Positions 1 to 12,973 are shown, counted from the stretch's first letter. The stretch: 49,429 bases of DNA from Nemertoderma westbladi (GCA_032718475.1 JAUCBJ010000416.1:1-49429), one strand, 5' to 3'. Notes: generated from the letters alone by a model not told the origin. Made by a program: numbers and translations.

Positions 1-1401
1 ATGTAAAAATACATTCATATTTCATACAATAATTATTAATAAATTCGATCTATTTTTAGTTGCACAATTCTAGAACAAAATCGACCTGCAACTACTGAAG
101 ACCTCGTTTTGGAATTTCGAAACTACGCTGGTGCAATGCGCGATATCGTGTTTAGTTAATAAATTGAAAACACCATCAATTCATGTGCAACCAGTAATAA
201 GTAACTAACAGTTAATCAGCTTGCACTAAATGTCAATTACCTATAAAACATTTTGAATGCAAGGCAGTCAGCCTAACAGTCATTCAGCTTACATTAGCAG
301 AGTGAGATATTCCCATAGAATGCATTGGGAAGAGTAATTCAGCTGAGGCGATAATAGATTTCAAACTAAACCAACCAGTTAATGTTTGCTTTGACAGAGA
401 GTGCTAGGGCCTAAACAAACAGTATGGGTGTACTAAGTATAATAATCTTGGCAACCTCATTGATTTATTACTAAGCCTTGTGTAGAAATGCATTACATAA
501 GCCATATTTCATCAGGACACCAGCTGTCATTGGTATTATTTTACCATTGCACCTATGGCGATTTCTCATTTACGTTTATTTTTTGAGCCCAGAGGTTATG
601 GACGGAGTAGCCGATCATGCCAGGGACCTTAGAATCGCGGTATCAAGCTGCTGTGAAAATTTCATCACAACAATGTTATCCTATGGTCTGAAGAAAAGTA
701 TTATTTACCTATGGTCAGAGAGAGAGATTACACTCTGTAACTTGGCAATTACTCAAATCCATTCACCTGAATGGCACAGTATAGTAAACTAAAGTAAATT
801 TCTGTCGAGATCTTTATGGGAGGCTAACCCGAAGATGATTAGTAAGCCGTTATGTAGTTATGAGTGTTATCAATGCCTCGGGATACCTGCCGCATATAGC
901 AGGAACACTCACGAAAGTGTGGTGGAAATCAAGTTGGTTTGATCTTTAGTCCAATATCTTCATCAACAAGTAGTGCAAATATAATAGATTGCAAATGATT
1001 AGTTGTTAATGCAAGCAATTAGTTGTTAATACAAGTGATTAGGTAAAATATCATAGGCCACTATAACTAACGTGACTTACTAGGCTATAAAATCAATGTA
1101 AATTACCTGAGATGTTATCAGGTTAAGCCCTGCCTTAGCGAGGCTAACAACAGTTATATATGAATTCACAATGTTCAGTAAAGATAGAACAGCCAATAAG
1201 ACGTAAGAATACCAGCTATATAGAATATTCTGTAGCTACCAATGAGAGTTCAGCAACACTACAACCGTTGTTAGGCAACAATATAAACAACCTTTTGGGC
1301 TATTTAATACGTTCGAAGTACAAATATTATATGCACTGAAACCGAATAATAACCCGATGAAAATATAAGATTTCTGTATACAGTTAGCAGTGGCAGCAAA
1401 A
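1..1401 (-). repeat. Candidate 3' LTR of the outer Bel/Pao element (tentative)
   Basis: A PPT-like AGGGAACGG on the minus strand (1402-1410) resembles the inner element's PPT TGGGAGCGG. The next ~150 nt weakly resemble the start of the inner LTR. It starts TTT rather than TGT, and the partner LTR is not in the window. Confidence 0.25.
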
Positions 1402-3396
1402 CCGTTCCCTAAAATCACGTACAAGTTCCCAACACAATCCAACACAATATGTTAAATGACATAATATTAAGTTTTTTCTAAAATTTACACCGAAAGAGGT
1501 ATATAAACTTTCAACAATTAAATCATGTTGATATCAAATACTCGTTACATACAATTAAATATAATGAACAATCCAACTAAATTAAACAGAGTTAATTATG
1601 GTAGGTTAACTTTCTCATATTAACAATGAAGTCTGTTAGGTCCGATTTCATCCTTCTGGTCTCCTCCCCGAGGCGCACCCACGAGGCGGACGTGTTTCCA
1701 CCACCCCTGGGGCCAGTCCGACTGATGTTTTTATCAGACCGGGCCGGAGGGTAGCCCGATGCTTCCCGGATTCAATTTTCAATCCCCCTATCACACCAGC
1801 ACAGCTCGTCGCATGTGTAGCCAGATGGTCGGCTACTGTCACCTTACTGTGGCCTGACTGTACATTGAGCCAACTCAGAGAGTCAACCGGCAGGTGGACC
1901 AGTCGATAGCGATCGAGCATCAAGGTTGCCCTTGAGCCTAACCGACGGTCTATTCCCACGTGGGCTTGCGGTACCCAACATGGAATTTTGACTCGTTTTC
2001 ACCCGCCTTGCCGGCAGTATTGAAAAGACAATACTGTCTAGCTCAAAAGCTAAGAACAAGTAACCACTTACCAGTCACTGTACACGTGTACTAAACAGAT
2101 GTTCACGAAATCAAGTACACAACTGTAAACACAAAATCGGACACATACCATGCACACACAGAGGACATAATTGGAAAAGACAAAATCAGTGTCAAAATCG
2201 CAGGGGACAAAATTGTATCGACTGATAAAAAAGTTGAGAGTACCTTATTTTGCCATCAGGGCAAAATAACTTTGTGTGCACAAAGTATGCTGGGGCGCAG
2301 TAAAGATATGGTCCTACTAATACCAGTGGCGACAGAACCAACTGGCAAGGTTTCCCACACTCACTCGTAGTGGCCATACACACACTCACGTGTACCACGT
2401 ACCCACATCAACAGAAAGCTCAAAGACCCAAACAAATCCCAAAGACCAATTAGCTGAACATGGAGACAATAACATATAGTATCAAAAAAAACGGAACAGC
2501 TGAAGGTCAGTGCAACCCATCCAAGCCCCAAGCCAACTGACCCTCACGAGTCGGCCGCCGCCTGTTGAAAGCACCCTATAGAGACCTCACCTCTTTAGGT
2601 ACTTCCGGTGAAACTAGGTAAGTATTAAACAACTTTCAAATAACACTAGGGTTCAACACATTTACTAATATTCTCTGGGTACGTAAGTAAGCAATATGAG
2701 TCATATTATCTCTTTAGGTACTAATATACTGAATATTATCAGTCTTACTATAAGAAATACATATTGTTAATTATTTACAAATATGATAGTTTGCTAACAG
2801 GTAGGGGGATTTTATAAAGTTCGGCAGGCTAACTAATGATAATCTTATATTATCGCTTTCGTTTGCAGTGGCATAAAGAGTCGTTTCCTCCCTTTTGCGG
2901 GTGTCGGGGGTGCAGGTACCGCGAGATCGTCGCTCAAAATTGTCTCATCGAGACCCGTGTGCATATCCACCGCATCAGGTGTCGGAGAACTCGGACGATC
3001 AGTATATGTTCCGGTGGAGGTGCCAGATAAGGACGGGAACTCAGCCGGTTTTGTGTCGCATGAGTCGACAGCCGGTCGAAGGAATCCCGGTTCCAGGGGA
3101 GCGGCTTAGCGCTTCCGCACGGTGGTTTGCACTGGTCTGGAGGGGACAGGTTAATCGCACTCCTGGAAGGCGATATGGCCAGAGGAAGTACGATCAACTT
3201 GGTTATACGTATCGTTAGCATTGCGTCGATACATAACTCGGAAGGAGCCGTGAGATTGCGCCCAAGGAAGGATAACTTGAGTGTCGACGAAGGGATATGG
3301 TATATCATGGACAATAGGAAAATCATCCGTTAAGTCCCGATATATGGCTGAATCGAGTTTGTAGATGGATTCATCCAACAGAATATCTAACATCGG

Positions 3397-4014
3397 TTAC
3401 GGTAACAAAGTAGCGTCGATTCCTATAGCCGGGTGTCGATGTGTATCATTGACATAAGCCTCCGCTTTTACAAATTGTTGATGTCTCACACGGCGTTGAT
3501 AAGCAGTCAAGGCAGGGAAAGCGCTATCGGTTCGGGGCGAATACCTTTGGGATAATGAGTTTGTTGAGTTTGGGCCGCCGCTATATTTAAATAAGTTTCT
3601 CGAAGGAACGTAACTAAGTCCTTGAATTTTAGCCGCGTTAACCCTGGTTTCCTCATTGCCTGCTGAAATGGTATCTCGGATGTTGTCTTCCTTATCCATC
3701 CGAGCGGTATCCTCCCGTTGTCTCTGTACATGATAACGCCACATTTCCATGTCTTGTCGCTCATGAACATCTTCTGTGTATATATGATTGCTCGGGTACC
3801 CAGATATGACGAACGGTTTATAAGATCCATCTATATTAGCATACCTGTCCATAAAGACACGGTGATGCAGTCGCTCTGATATCTCTACCAGGGACATTAG
3901 AGGTTCCGTATACTGTTGCGGTACTCCGGGTGTCAACAAATCCTCCATTATCTCTTGCATACCTCGACGGTATTCCTCTGAAAGCTGTTGTCACTGTATA
4001 TTGATATTATCCAT
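3397..4014 (-). pseudogene. Degraded accessory ORF, homolog of 44477-45298 (unknown function)
   Basis: YTEPLMSLVEISERLHHRVFMDRYANIDGSYKPFVISGYP..YHVQRQRED aligns with YIEPPISQEQLTRELDYRKFTARYTHRNGTYMDFLTTGHP..YHTQRKRND. After a frameshift near 3650, FLRETYLNI..THYPKGI aligns with FLRETYLDI..TRYPQGI. ATG at 4014, in-frame TGA at 3991-3993. Confidence 0.8.
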
Positions 4015-6919
4015 TGGATCATCATTAGAAGTATCCATTGTTATTATTGTAAGAAACAAATATGTTATCAATCCAACAAGGGCAAACCAAAGTTAATTAT
4101 TGGTATAGTTATCAAAGTTCGCGTGGGTTGGCAATGGCAAGCCGCCCTCTATCCCCCAGCCCGACACGGACCCGAGCTGCCCCAGGCCACGTTAGCGCTG
4201 CTACGCCAATTCCCTATCCAACAGGCGTGGATGAACGGGTGGATGACGCAACGGCTAACGCGCAGGAAAAGCTCGAGGCCGGTCTTATCCAAGGGCTATT
4301 CGTCGGGGTAACTTATATCGCAATGTAATTGCAGTTAGTCAGCAATAAGGCTTCGGTTCGCTTCAGTAAACACACGTAAAGTAGTTGCTATTCATACTGT
4401 CATGCAAACTAACGCACACAATATCACAACACGTACCGGTTGACCGGTATGAAATGTTTATCACAAATCTACTATTTCCCGAATGTTGATATTAGTTTCC
4501 TGGATACTCACCAAATATATTTAAAGATATTAAATTTAGCAAATACGACAAACTTTAGAACTTTAATAAGAAACAGGGGTTGCGCAAGCGACACACCAGC
4601 GTCCCAATGTTCTAAATTAATTATTAATTTATCGAAGATCAACATTCGGTAAATATAGCGGTAGGATAGGGTATTGCTCATTCATACAGATCTGGGTTTA
4701 CTGTGATATTATTATGTCTTTGTTGGTTACTATTTAATTTATTTATTTTAATGTAGTGTTTGTCTGTATAGTATCGGTGTTTGTACTATCGTGATATTTA
4801 TGTCATAATTAGGGGTGGATGGTATTAAGCTATTAGTAAATAACATAATAAAGATTTATGCAATCTGGTGACTTAAACTAAGTTTACTCATCCCTTGGGA
4901 GAGAGCCACAAATGGACCCCGACCGTTCCCGTAATGCTCATTATTACTGTGACTTGAACGGATTTATATGGATGTGATATTGTATTAATCAATTTCGAGC
5001 TATGTTGGTTCTTGAAGTTTCAAGTCAACCAATTGACATCTCTTACTGTACTCTGGCAATTGACAAGAAGCGGGAGTAATAATAAGACTCGGCATTCAAG
5101 TGTGATTGGGCCGTCATAATACAGTAAGACCAAGGTTTGTTATTGTCATGCTGTAAAACTATCTGCATAAGAATCCCCGACCAGGCAGATCTATATGTGA
5201 ACTACTAATCAACGATTCCCGGGTCGAGATCTCCACAAAGAATATAATTTACCGCTATAGCGGGTCCTTATGATCTACTAAACAGCCTCCCCAGACTGTG
5301 TATTTTCTAGGATAATCTATTGATAATTTCGAGTTCAATAAATATTTCAGGTTTTTATAGAAATCATTTCCCATATGAACAGCAATTGCTGAATATGTAA
5401 CAGTGACAATAAATGGATAACAAAATTTAACTTTTAAATTTAAAATTTAGTTAAAATTTAGTTAAATTTAAAATTTAACTAAATTTACATCAGACTTACC
5501 TAATTCTAAAAATTGCAAATATCTCGGCAATAATTGTCTAATTGTCCTTGTCAGCTAGGATACAGTGCCTAAATTGTCCATAGCGCAAGTTAGTCGTATA
5601 GTGGCAAATAACTAATTTCCACCTAATATAGAATAATCCCTAACAGTCTGTCAGTCATGCACAGCAGAATATATTCCAACATTCCAGAATATGACATTCC
5701 AGAACACATAATTATGTATAAGTAAACAGTAACACCTGCACAGTACCAAAGGAACTCAACTGATGCTGCCTGGAACCCAACAACCAATCAAATGTCGGCT
5801 CACGCATAGCAACCACGAATTGAACTCCTATAATACCTTGCCAAGGCTACGCTAAACTGAGGTATAGAATTATTCACCTATAAATAACTATTGGCTTATT
5901 TTCTGCTGTTGCGTTGTGCGTGTTTTTGCTTCGCTGTGCGGATTGTTCAATTTTCATACGGGTGTCCTAAATTTTGTAAGGCTGGTGAAATGTAAGACAG
6001 CTAAAGTTGATGACCTACACCTGATAAATGTTTCTCCCATTTACTCGTAATGATACTCTAACCTGACTTCCCTTGACTATTAGTATCCGTGCGACTATGG
6101 TTGTTCAGCCGCTTGTATCCATGTTTCCCAACCTTCCGGCCCACGTAAATGACGCTTAGCTCATCATGTTATAAATGTTTAATCGATAACATTGTTGAAA
6201 ATAAGATCTAATTGAAGTTAGAACTCAAGATAGTATAATCTGATACTTGAATTCACATAATAATTACTTCCAAACACGAACGAAATACAGGTAATTATAA
6301 GATTGTAAATTCTATCTGTGAATATTTCTAAAAGTAATATAATATTAATCTGCCCTACTAACTGACTAACTGACTAACTTGTTGCAAAAGAGGGGGTGGG
6401 CCCTTTTATACCACAACGTTGACACCTAATCACGTTATATCGAATCACATTTAAGCTTAACTAGTATGTATCCCTTGCAACCTATGCATTCATATGTTAG
6501 TGAAGCAAAGGTGGCAAACATCCAACAATGAAGGGCTAAACAATAAATTTGATCATAACATTGTTATCTGCCGGTCCTGTCCTAACATATTAGTATTTCT
6601 CCTCTAAAGACATGAATCAGTGCGAGTTTGGGTCCCATCAATAGAGCAAAGGCATCGCCTTCCAGCGGTCAATATAGAAATTGCACCGAATATTTTATTA
6701 AATCTGAGATAACATGGTGGGGCGAGCCACGAAAGTAAAGGAACGGCTTAATACCGATATAAATAAAATTATCCTTCGGTGTTTCTTAAAAATATACTTC
6801 ACTTCCTATTCATAAGTGATATAGTATAAATCATGGCAAATATTTCCATTTACTAAAAATTCTACTATTATTAAGCAATTATTGTTAATAGCAAATTAAG
6901 TACCGACACAAAATCAATA

Positions 6920-7420
6920 CACATGCGCCATGTTAAATAATGACTTACCATGACTATTACGGTTTATTATAATTTTATTTGTTACTCCCTTTGTACTCGG
7001 GTTATACAAGAAGTGGCGGGCCGTCTCCAGAATTTACCCAGAGTTTGGTTTAACCCAAATAAAGGATATGGATTCCGCATTCAATTGTATTATCACCGTC
7101 ATCATACAGTTAAAGGGTTTTGGTTGGCTGCGCGTCATGTTTAATAATGACTTATCGCAACATGTTATTGATGTTGGGTTCAGGTTTCATGCATCGTGTG
7201 TATAACGGCTTATCATGAACCTCCCATTAGTATATTCTGGCATGTTCTAGAACTGAGATCAAATTTCATGCACTGTGTATAGAACACTTTATCATGAAAT
7301 ATCCCATAGTCCTATTGTTTATGTCATTTTACTTATAGTTGTTCTAGAACTAAGATCAAGTTTCATGCACCGTGTATAAAACGATTTATCATGAAACATC
7401 CCATGGTCCTATTGTTTTTG
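6920..7420. repeat. Dispersed ~35-nt hairpin motif (TTTCATGCA..GTGTAT....TTATCATGAAA), 3 good and 2 degenerate copies
   Basis: Good copies near 7185, 7264 and 7361; degenerate copies near 6922 and 7129. The ends TTTCATG/CATGAAA are self-complementary. Confidence 0.6.
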
Positions 7421-7589
7421 GGGACAAAGCAATACAGGGATAAATTTTGTTAGCCTGTTAAGCTAAATATATGGCATATTTTTGAAAAAGGGGGTCAGTG
7501 GTTAACTACACATAACCCGTTCCCACGCTTGAATGTGATATGCAGCGCACTCAAATGTCACTTAGGAGTTAACATTACAACAAAGTAAG

Positions 7590-9502
7590 TCAAGACTGAC
7601 AGCTTGACATCTTGCTTATAAAAGCCTCATATGCACTGACGTGGTTACAGCACTCGTTGTCGTCAGAAAACTCACCGGGAAGGAATACATCTGGTCCCTC
7701 GTCAGATGAGTCGGTCTTGTAGTCGGTGAAATGAACTGATTCTTCCTTAGGGGTCTGGTCCGGATGCAGTAGAGCGTGGTGAGGGCCTTGACACATGGGA
7801 CATGCTTTAATGTCCTTTAAGTGACATTTACGTCTTATGTGTCCTGGTTTAAGGCACAGGGAGCATGTCAACAAAGCTCTTACTGTCTGTCGTCTTTCCC
7901 TTTTTGTTTTATTCAGGAAAACAGGACATTTTCTAAGGGAGTGTATGGTGGTTTTATAAAGGGGACACCTTGGAATTATGGGGGTGCTTACAGTATGCAT
8001 TTTTGTGTTTTTACGTCTACGTTTTCTCTGTCCCTTTGAGCTTGTATCAATCACTAAGGTATACACTGTCGTGTCCTTCCATCTCTGAATCAGTGTAATC
8101 CGAAGGGCGTTCCTCGTAGCTAGTGACATAAGCATACTGTTTCTTTGTCATTATTTTATATGATATTTTAAGGTTGGAACGGGTGCTTTTTTCCCGGTTC
8201 ATTGCGATAAGTTAAGTAGAGGCTTCAGCCTTTAAGAAACTTCTGAACGAGTCCATATCTGGAAAGCATCCATGCTTTAACTTATAGTTGTAAATATATC
8301 TATCCCATCTGGTTCCCGTGGAGCCCTTGGGCAATGCACTGGAAACAAACTGGACCGTCATAATAGTATCGTATACTTGTTTCTGCCCAAGCCAATCAAG
8401 CTGGCGATAGATTTCCTCCACTTCATCCCTAAACTCTACGACCCCGTTTTGAGTGGATCTGTTTTTAGAGATTAATCTGTCATACATGTTACGTCCCAAA
8501 TTTTCTTCATTTCCATATCGCTCTTTTAAAGTATCCCAAACGGTATTAATGCCGTCTACATGGCCCACATATCTTGCAGCCATCTGTTTTGGGGGTCCCT
8601 CCAGACAACCGATTAAATATTGGAGCTTCTCACGGTCGCTCAACGGTGAGTCTAGAATGCTATCCTTACAGAACTCCACAACGGGCAACCATTTTAGCTC
8701 GTCACCGTCAAACTTTACGATTTGACCTGCAGAGACGCACTGTCGGGCCTCACTTCTAGCCATATGACGGGTAAGGTCGGCTTGAGCTGCTATGGAGTTT
8801 AATAGAATGTCTGTTATATGTGAGCTTTGATCGTTCTGATGTGCCGTGTTTTCGGCATGAATGCCACTCACATCTGAGGCACGTTTCGGGATTTTTATGC
8901 CCTGTGACGTTGCTTGTGGGTCTGCTTTCCTATTTATTATTATAATATGGTCTTGCATTAAGGCTATTTGTTGTTCTAAGTTATCAGCCTTTAATGCTAG
9001 AGACTCGTTTTTATGAGACAAGGAATTATTTTTGTGCAACAAAGAATCATTCTTTTGCAACAAAGAATCAATGATTTCTCGTGAGTCGTCGTTGTCCAGG
9101 GGTCTGGATTGTCTGACTTCTGGCACACAACTGTGGGTGTTATGTAGATTGGGGTCTAACGGAGGTGCATAAACCTCTGAAGGTGTAATAAAGTCACCTT
9201 GAGGGCACACCTCAATGGGAGCGTCTGGCGCAAACCTGACACCACCTTTGGGGTAAGTCCTTCCCTGCCCATTATTTATGACTGGCGCCGGATGACAATG
9301 ACCGGATGCCGGGTCCGCACTAGTACCAGCGCGCTCGTGGGTAAGTGGGTCGATCCGGGAGCCAGGTGCCTGCCATCCGGTAGGTTTCGCTGACTATAAT
9401 AGGCGGTTGAGGGAGGATTTATCTCCGCTTTGGTTATTGGGGATATATCGGTGGTGAATAACACCCTTTCATCCCTTGTCTTCGCTGAAGGGCTAGACCG
9501 GT
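7590..9502 (-). pseudogene. gag: Bel/Pao gag, C-terminal part (DUF1759-like region plus Cys/His knuckles), broken by stops/frameshifts
   Basis: ORF 8212-9210 has KFDGDELKWLP, EKLQYLIGCLEG and LKERYG. ORF 7590-8135 has CPLY..HSLRKC, CSLCLKPGHIRRKC and CPMCQGPHHALLH. Both are colinear with the inner gag. Confidence 0.9.
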
Positions 9503-10664
9503 TGTAAAGGCTTTTGCGTAATTAGCCGGTTATTTTCCCCGTAAAGTACTCTGTAGTTGGTTTAACAGGCATAAAAGGCCGTGTCCTTACTGTATTGTTG
9601 TTTTAGAGGACATAAAAGCCATTTCTTCTGTATGTGTACTTTAGCGGACATGATTAGCAATTCTATGACGCAATACGCCTGATCCTCTTGAAACAGTGTA
9701 GATACCATGACGACGGCTAACAGCTGATATTGCCACGTGGAACATGTCTTTGTTCTTTGTTCTCTCCTTGTTCGGTCGACCAATCAGAGCGTTTTTTGCC
9801 TCTGTGTTGGGGATTGTATATAGAAACTAGGGAAGTGAGTCAGTATGTGATTTGTCCACAGCCTACAACACCGGCGTGGAACCTCCGTGTTTCAGTCTTT
9901 AGCATCAACATTAGTAGGCTTAATTATAGAACGTATATCCGTTATCTCAGTCACTCAATCCGTTATCATACTTAACTAACCATTCATAACTTAAACTTTG
10001 TACTGCTATTTACTGTCGGTTATTCATTATATTTGTTGATGGAATATTATATTCGGAATACTGATAAACAATCAGACACCCCAATCTTCTTGATATACTA
10101 AAGGTTAGAGAGACTGGATACATATAACGATTGCGACTTACATTAAGTGGTTTGAAGTGAATCTAATGCTATTTTATAGGCCCTACACGTATTGTCTGTT
10201 GTTCTCCTTATATGTGACTAAAATTAGTGAAGGTCGGCAGATTAGTGTGCAGCATTGTGCAGTATTGTGTATGATTGTGATTGATAACGAAGCATCTCCT
10301 AAAGAATGCGCCATATACGTGAATCTATAGCCATCCCGTTGTGTATAGTTTAAGTCATAACTCTGTTTATATATTTAAAGCGCCACGTCCTAAAGGAACT
10401 GTTAATATTTCCCGAAAGTGAATAATATTTGTCAGAGATTATATATATTGCGATCAGTCGAATAATGCAATAGGCCTACCCCGCAATACGGTTAGGCTTC
10501 CAAATCCAGTCTCCCGGGTATATCCAGCGGGTGAATGATCGCGCATAGACTGGATTCGGCTAATGTAGTGTATCAAATACTTGTTATAGGCTAAAGACTA
10601 TCTATCATCTAAAAGACATCCAAATTTGGCAGGTTAAACTGCTAAAGGTCTGAAAGCGCGAACA
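9503..10664 (+). repeat. 5' LTR of the inner Bel/Pao element
   Basis: TGTAAAGG...GCGCGAACA; direct repeat of 46058-47219 with about 11 substitutions counted by eye. Confidence 0.97.
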
Positions 10665-10840
10665 ATAACGGATATTCGGTTCGGATTGCAGGGTAGGCAA
10701 TAAATACAGTTTAATATTGTTCTGGTAAGAACAATAACGGATATATCGTCTAATTGCAGGGTAGGCAATAAATACAGTTTAATATTGTTCTGGTAAGAAC
10801 AATAACGGATATAGCTTCTGTATTGCAGTAGGCAATAAAG
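10660..10840 (+). repeat. ~69-bp tandem repeat (about 2.6 copies) reiterating the LTR-end/PBS junction
   Basis: GAACAATAACGGATAT occurs three times; unit junctions form the hairpin TATTGTTCT-GGTA-AGAACAATA. Confidence 0.85.
10665..10675 (+). promoter_or_regulatory. Putative self-priming primer-binding site
   Basis: ATAACGGATAT directly abuts the LTR end and is the exact reverse complement of ATATCCGTTAT at 9935-9945 inside the LTR. No TGG-type tRNA PBS is present at the junction. Confidence 0.6.
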
Positions 10841-11080
10841 CTGAAGTACCGGCAACCGGTACCCAGTAGGCCTGACTACCTAACCACCCGGACCGGTACC
10901 TACAGCAGTACAGGTACAGCAGTATTATTCGATTTGATAATTATATACCGGTAGGCCTTAATAATTAATCAGGGACGGCCGCCCTGGTTTTTTATTGAGA
11001 TTTTACTTATTTCTGTCAAGTTTTATTTATTTGTAGGCTAATATTGAGCAGAAGGCGTGTAAGCCTTCTCAGATTGTACA

Positions 11081-11660
11081 GACAATTTGTAGGCTAGACT
11101 GTTGTCTGACTGTTGTTAAGTCTGAACGGATTGCAGTGTGTGTAGAGCATCTGTCCGATAAAGTGCTAGTTAGGAACGTAGGGGCTTCAAGTGCTGTGAG
11201 GTAAACCCCCTTTGAAAGAATAAGTCGTACTACTAGGTTAGAACACATACTAACTAATCATTTCGGAGTCTGCATATACTGTAGTTTATTTAGGCTTGAT
11301 AGTAGTCTGCCAGCGTTTGGTCTGTACTTTGTTTGTGTAGTCTATACAGGTAGCGTATAATTCTTATTTAGATAATTTGTAGGCTGGATAGTTGTCTGGC
11401 TGTTGTTAGGTCTGAGGAAATTTCGGTGTGTGTAGAGTGTATGTCCGATAAAGTACCAGTTGGGAACGTAGGGGCTTCCAGTGCTGTGAGGTAAACCCCC
11501 TCTGAAAGAATAAGTCGTACTACTAGGTTAGAACGCATACTAACTAACCATTTCGGAGTCTGCATATACCGTAGTTTGTTTAGGCTTGATAGTAGTCTGT
11601 CAGTATTTGGTCTGCATTTTGTTTGAGTAGTCTGTATGCGTAGCGTAATATTTATTATTC
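11081..11660 (+). repeat. 290-bp tandem duplication in the Bel/Pao 5' leader
   Basis: 11081-11370 and 11371-11660 are colinear, both starting GA(C/T)AATTTGTAGGCT, with moderate divergence. Confidence 0.9.
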
Positions 11661-12582
11661 AGAGTTTATGCGATTATTCGCAACATTCATTCCCCAAGTT
11701 TATCCCTACAGTAATTGTGCTTGTTATACATACCGTTATAGTTAAACTAACCCCGGTACTACATCAGGGCTGCTTGGCGTAGGTAAAGACTGGAGATTTT
11801 ATGCTTTGGTCACTCCGGCAGATACCGTGGTTCTTTTAGCTGTTCAAGTATTTTAACTACTGATTATTTGTTGTACAAGTACTTGTACCTAATTTAGGGT
11901 TTAGTGTACAGTGCTTTCCGAAGGTGATTAGTTTGTAGACAGTATATTTGTGTTGTAAAGTGGTTAATAGGCACGTTGGTTCTGGTAGACCGCGGTAATT
12001 AACTTCTGGGTAGGAACACTCCGTGATACATAACGTAGTACTTATAGCGATACGGCTATAAGTCGTCAGACGGTGGTATTTTCCTATCTGGACAACGCAG
12101 TATATTTACTACTACTTATTATTTTCAAATACCGTAGTATCCTGTCCGTTGTAATAACCAGATATTCTAACCCTTTGTTAGGCTGGTTAGTAGACTTCTT
12201 GTAAAATTACCCTAAAAATTCGTACTTGTAAATTTATGTGTTTATGTAGAGATTGTAATCTCAACCCGAATTGTACGTAATTTGTAGTATTAAGTAACTT
12301 AGGTAAATTAGAATTATTTGTTTTAGTGTCTAACAAGTAGCACTTCACTGAGAGCGCACAGCTTCTGTGTAGTGACTCCCCCAGAAATAATAACATTTAT
12401 TTCAAATATTGACAAAACCCATTAAAACGGGTATATATATATTATAAATCAACTCAAACGATTTATAAATAGTAGACGAACGGATGAAGTGGTAGGCATT
12501 CACCAGCGGCAGCATAGTGTAAAGATGATAAAAAGATAAAGTATTGAGGGTCTTAAGCTGGTTATATTATATTAGATAAAGA

Positions 12583-12629
12583 TACAATAGTAAACGTTTT
12601 CGACCTACCGGTCTGCATCAGACTATGTA
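12583..12629 (-). ncRNA. Minimal hammerhead ribozyme variant (inverted Penelope copy)
   Basis: Exact reverse complement of 34168-34214. Confidence 0.65.
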
Positions 12630-12973
12630 CTGGCAACTAACAGGAAGAGGTAGGGGTCTATATATATATATATATATAAGTTTTAAAGGGGAATACCTGA
12701 TAGGTGAATCCCAAAAAGGTTAACGTATATGTATGTACTGTATAACGCAAGGTAATTGTGATAGGGAAAGTACAGCGAGTTAGTTGTGAGCTGTCAATCT
12801 AAAGTACAAATATAGGGTTGCAGGTTGGCTTACATGTATAGTGTCCTTTTATCTTTTCACCCCATGGTGTCTGTTGTATGTTAGTGATAGTTTTGCATGT
12901 AAGGCAGCGGCTAGAGTTACATGGCTCATTAGTGGTGTTATTTGTGTGTGTCGCACACAAAACTCAATCGCAA

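Larger units (their letters stand above)
1402..9502 (-). mobile_element. Outer non-autonomous Bel/Pao-type LTR retrotransposon, 3' part (gag C-half, long spacer, accessory ORF; no pol)
   Basis: Gag and accessory ORF are homologous to those of the inner element and in the same order. No protease, RT or integrase sequence lies between 7590 and 4014. The left boundary is uncertain. Confidence 0.8.

Noticed and set aside
478-792. 104-aa ORF as a host gene (likewise 26967-27296)
   Set aside because: Non-ATG starts, no recognisable domain and no exon support.
5423-5488. AT-only palindrome
   Set aside because: Low complexity; likely slippage or chance.
9562-9975. Short ORFs repeated at 46117-46530
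   Set aside because: They recur only because they lie in the LTRs; no protein motifs.
12878-12973. N-terminus of the 176-aa GIY-YIG ORF
   Set aside because: It is read through the inverted duplicate and is not genuine coding sequence.
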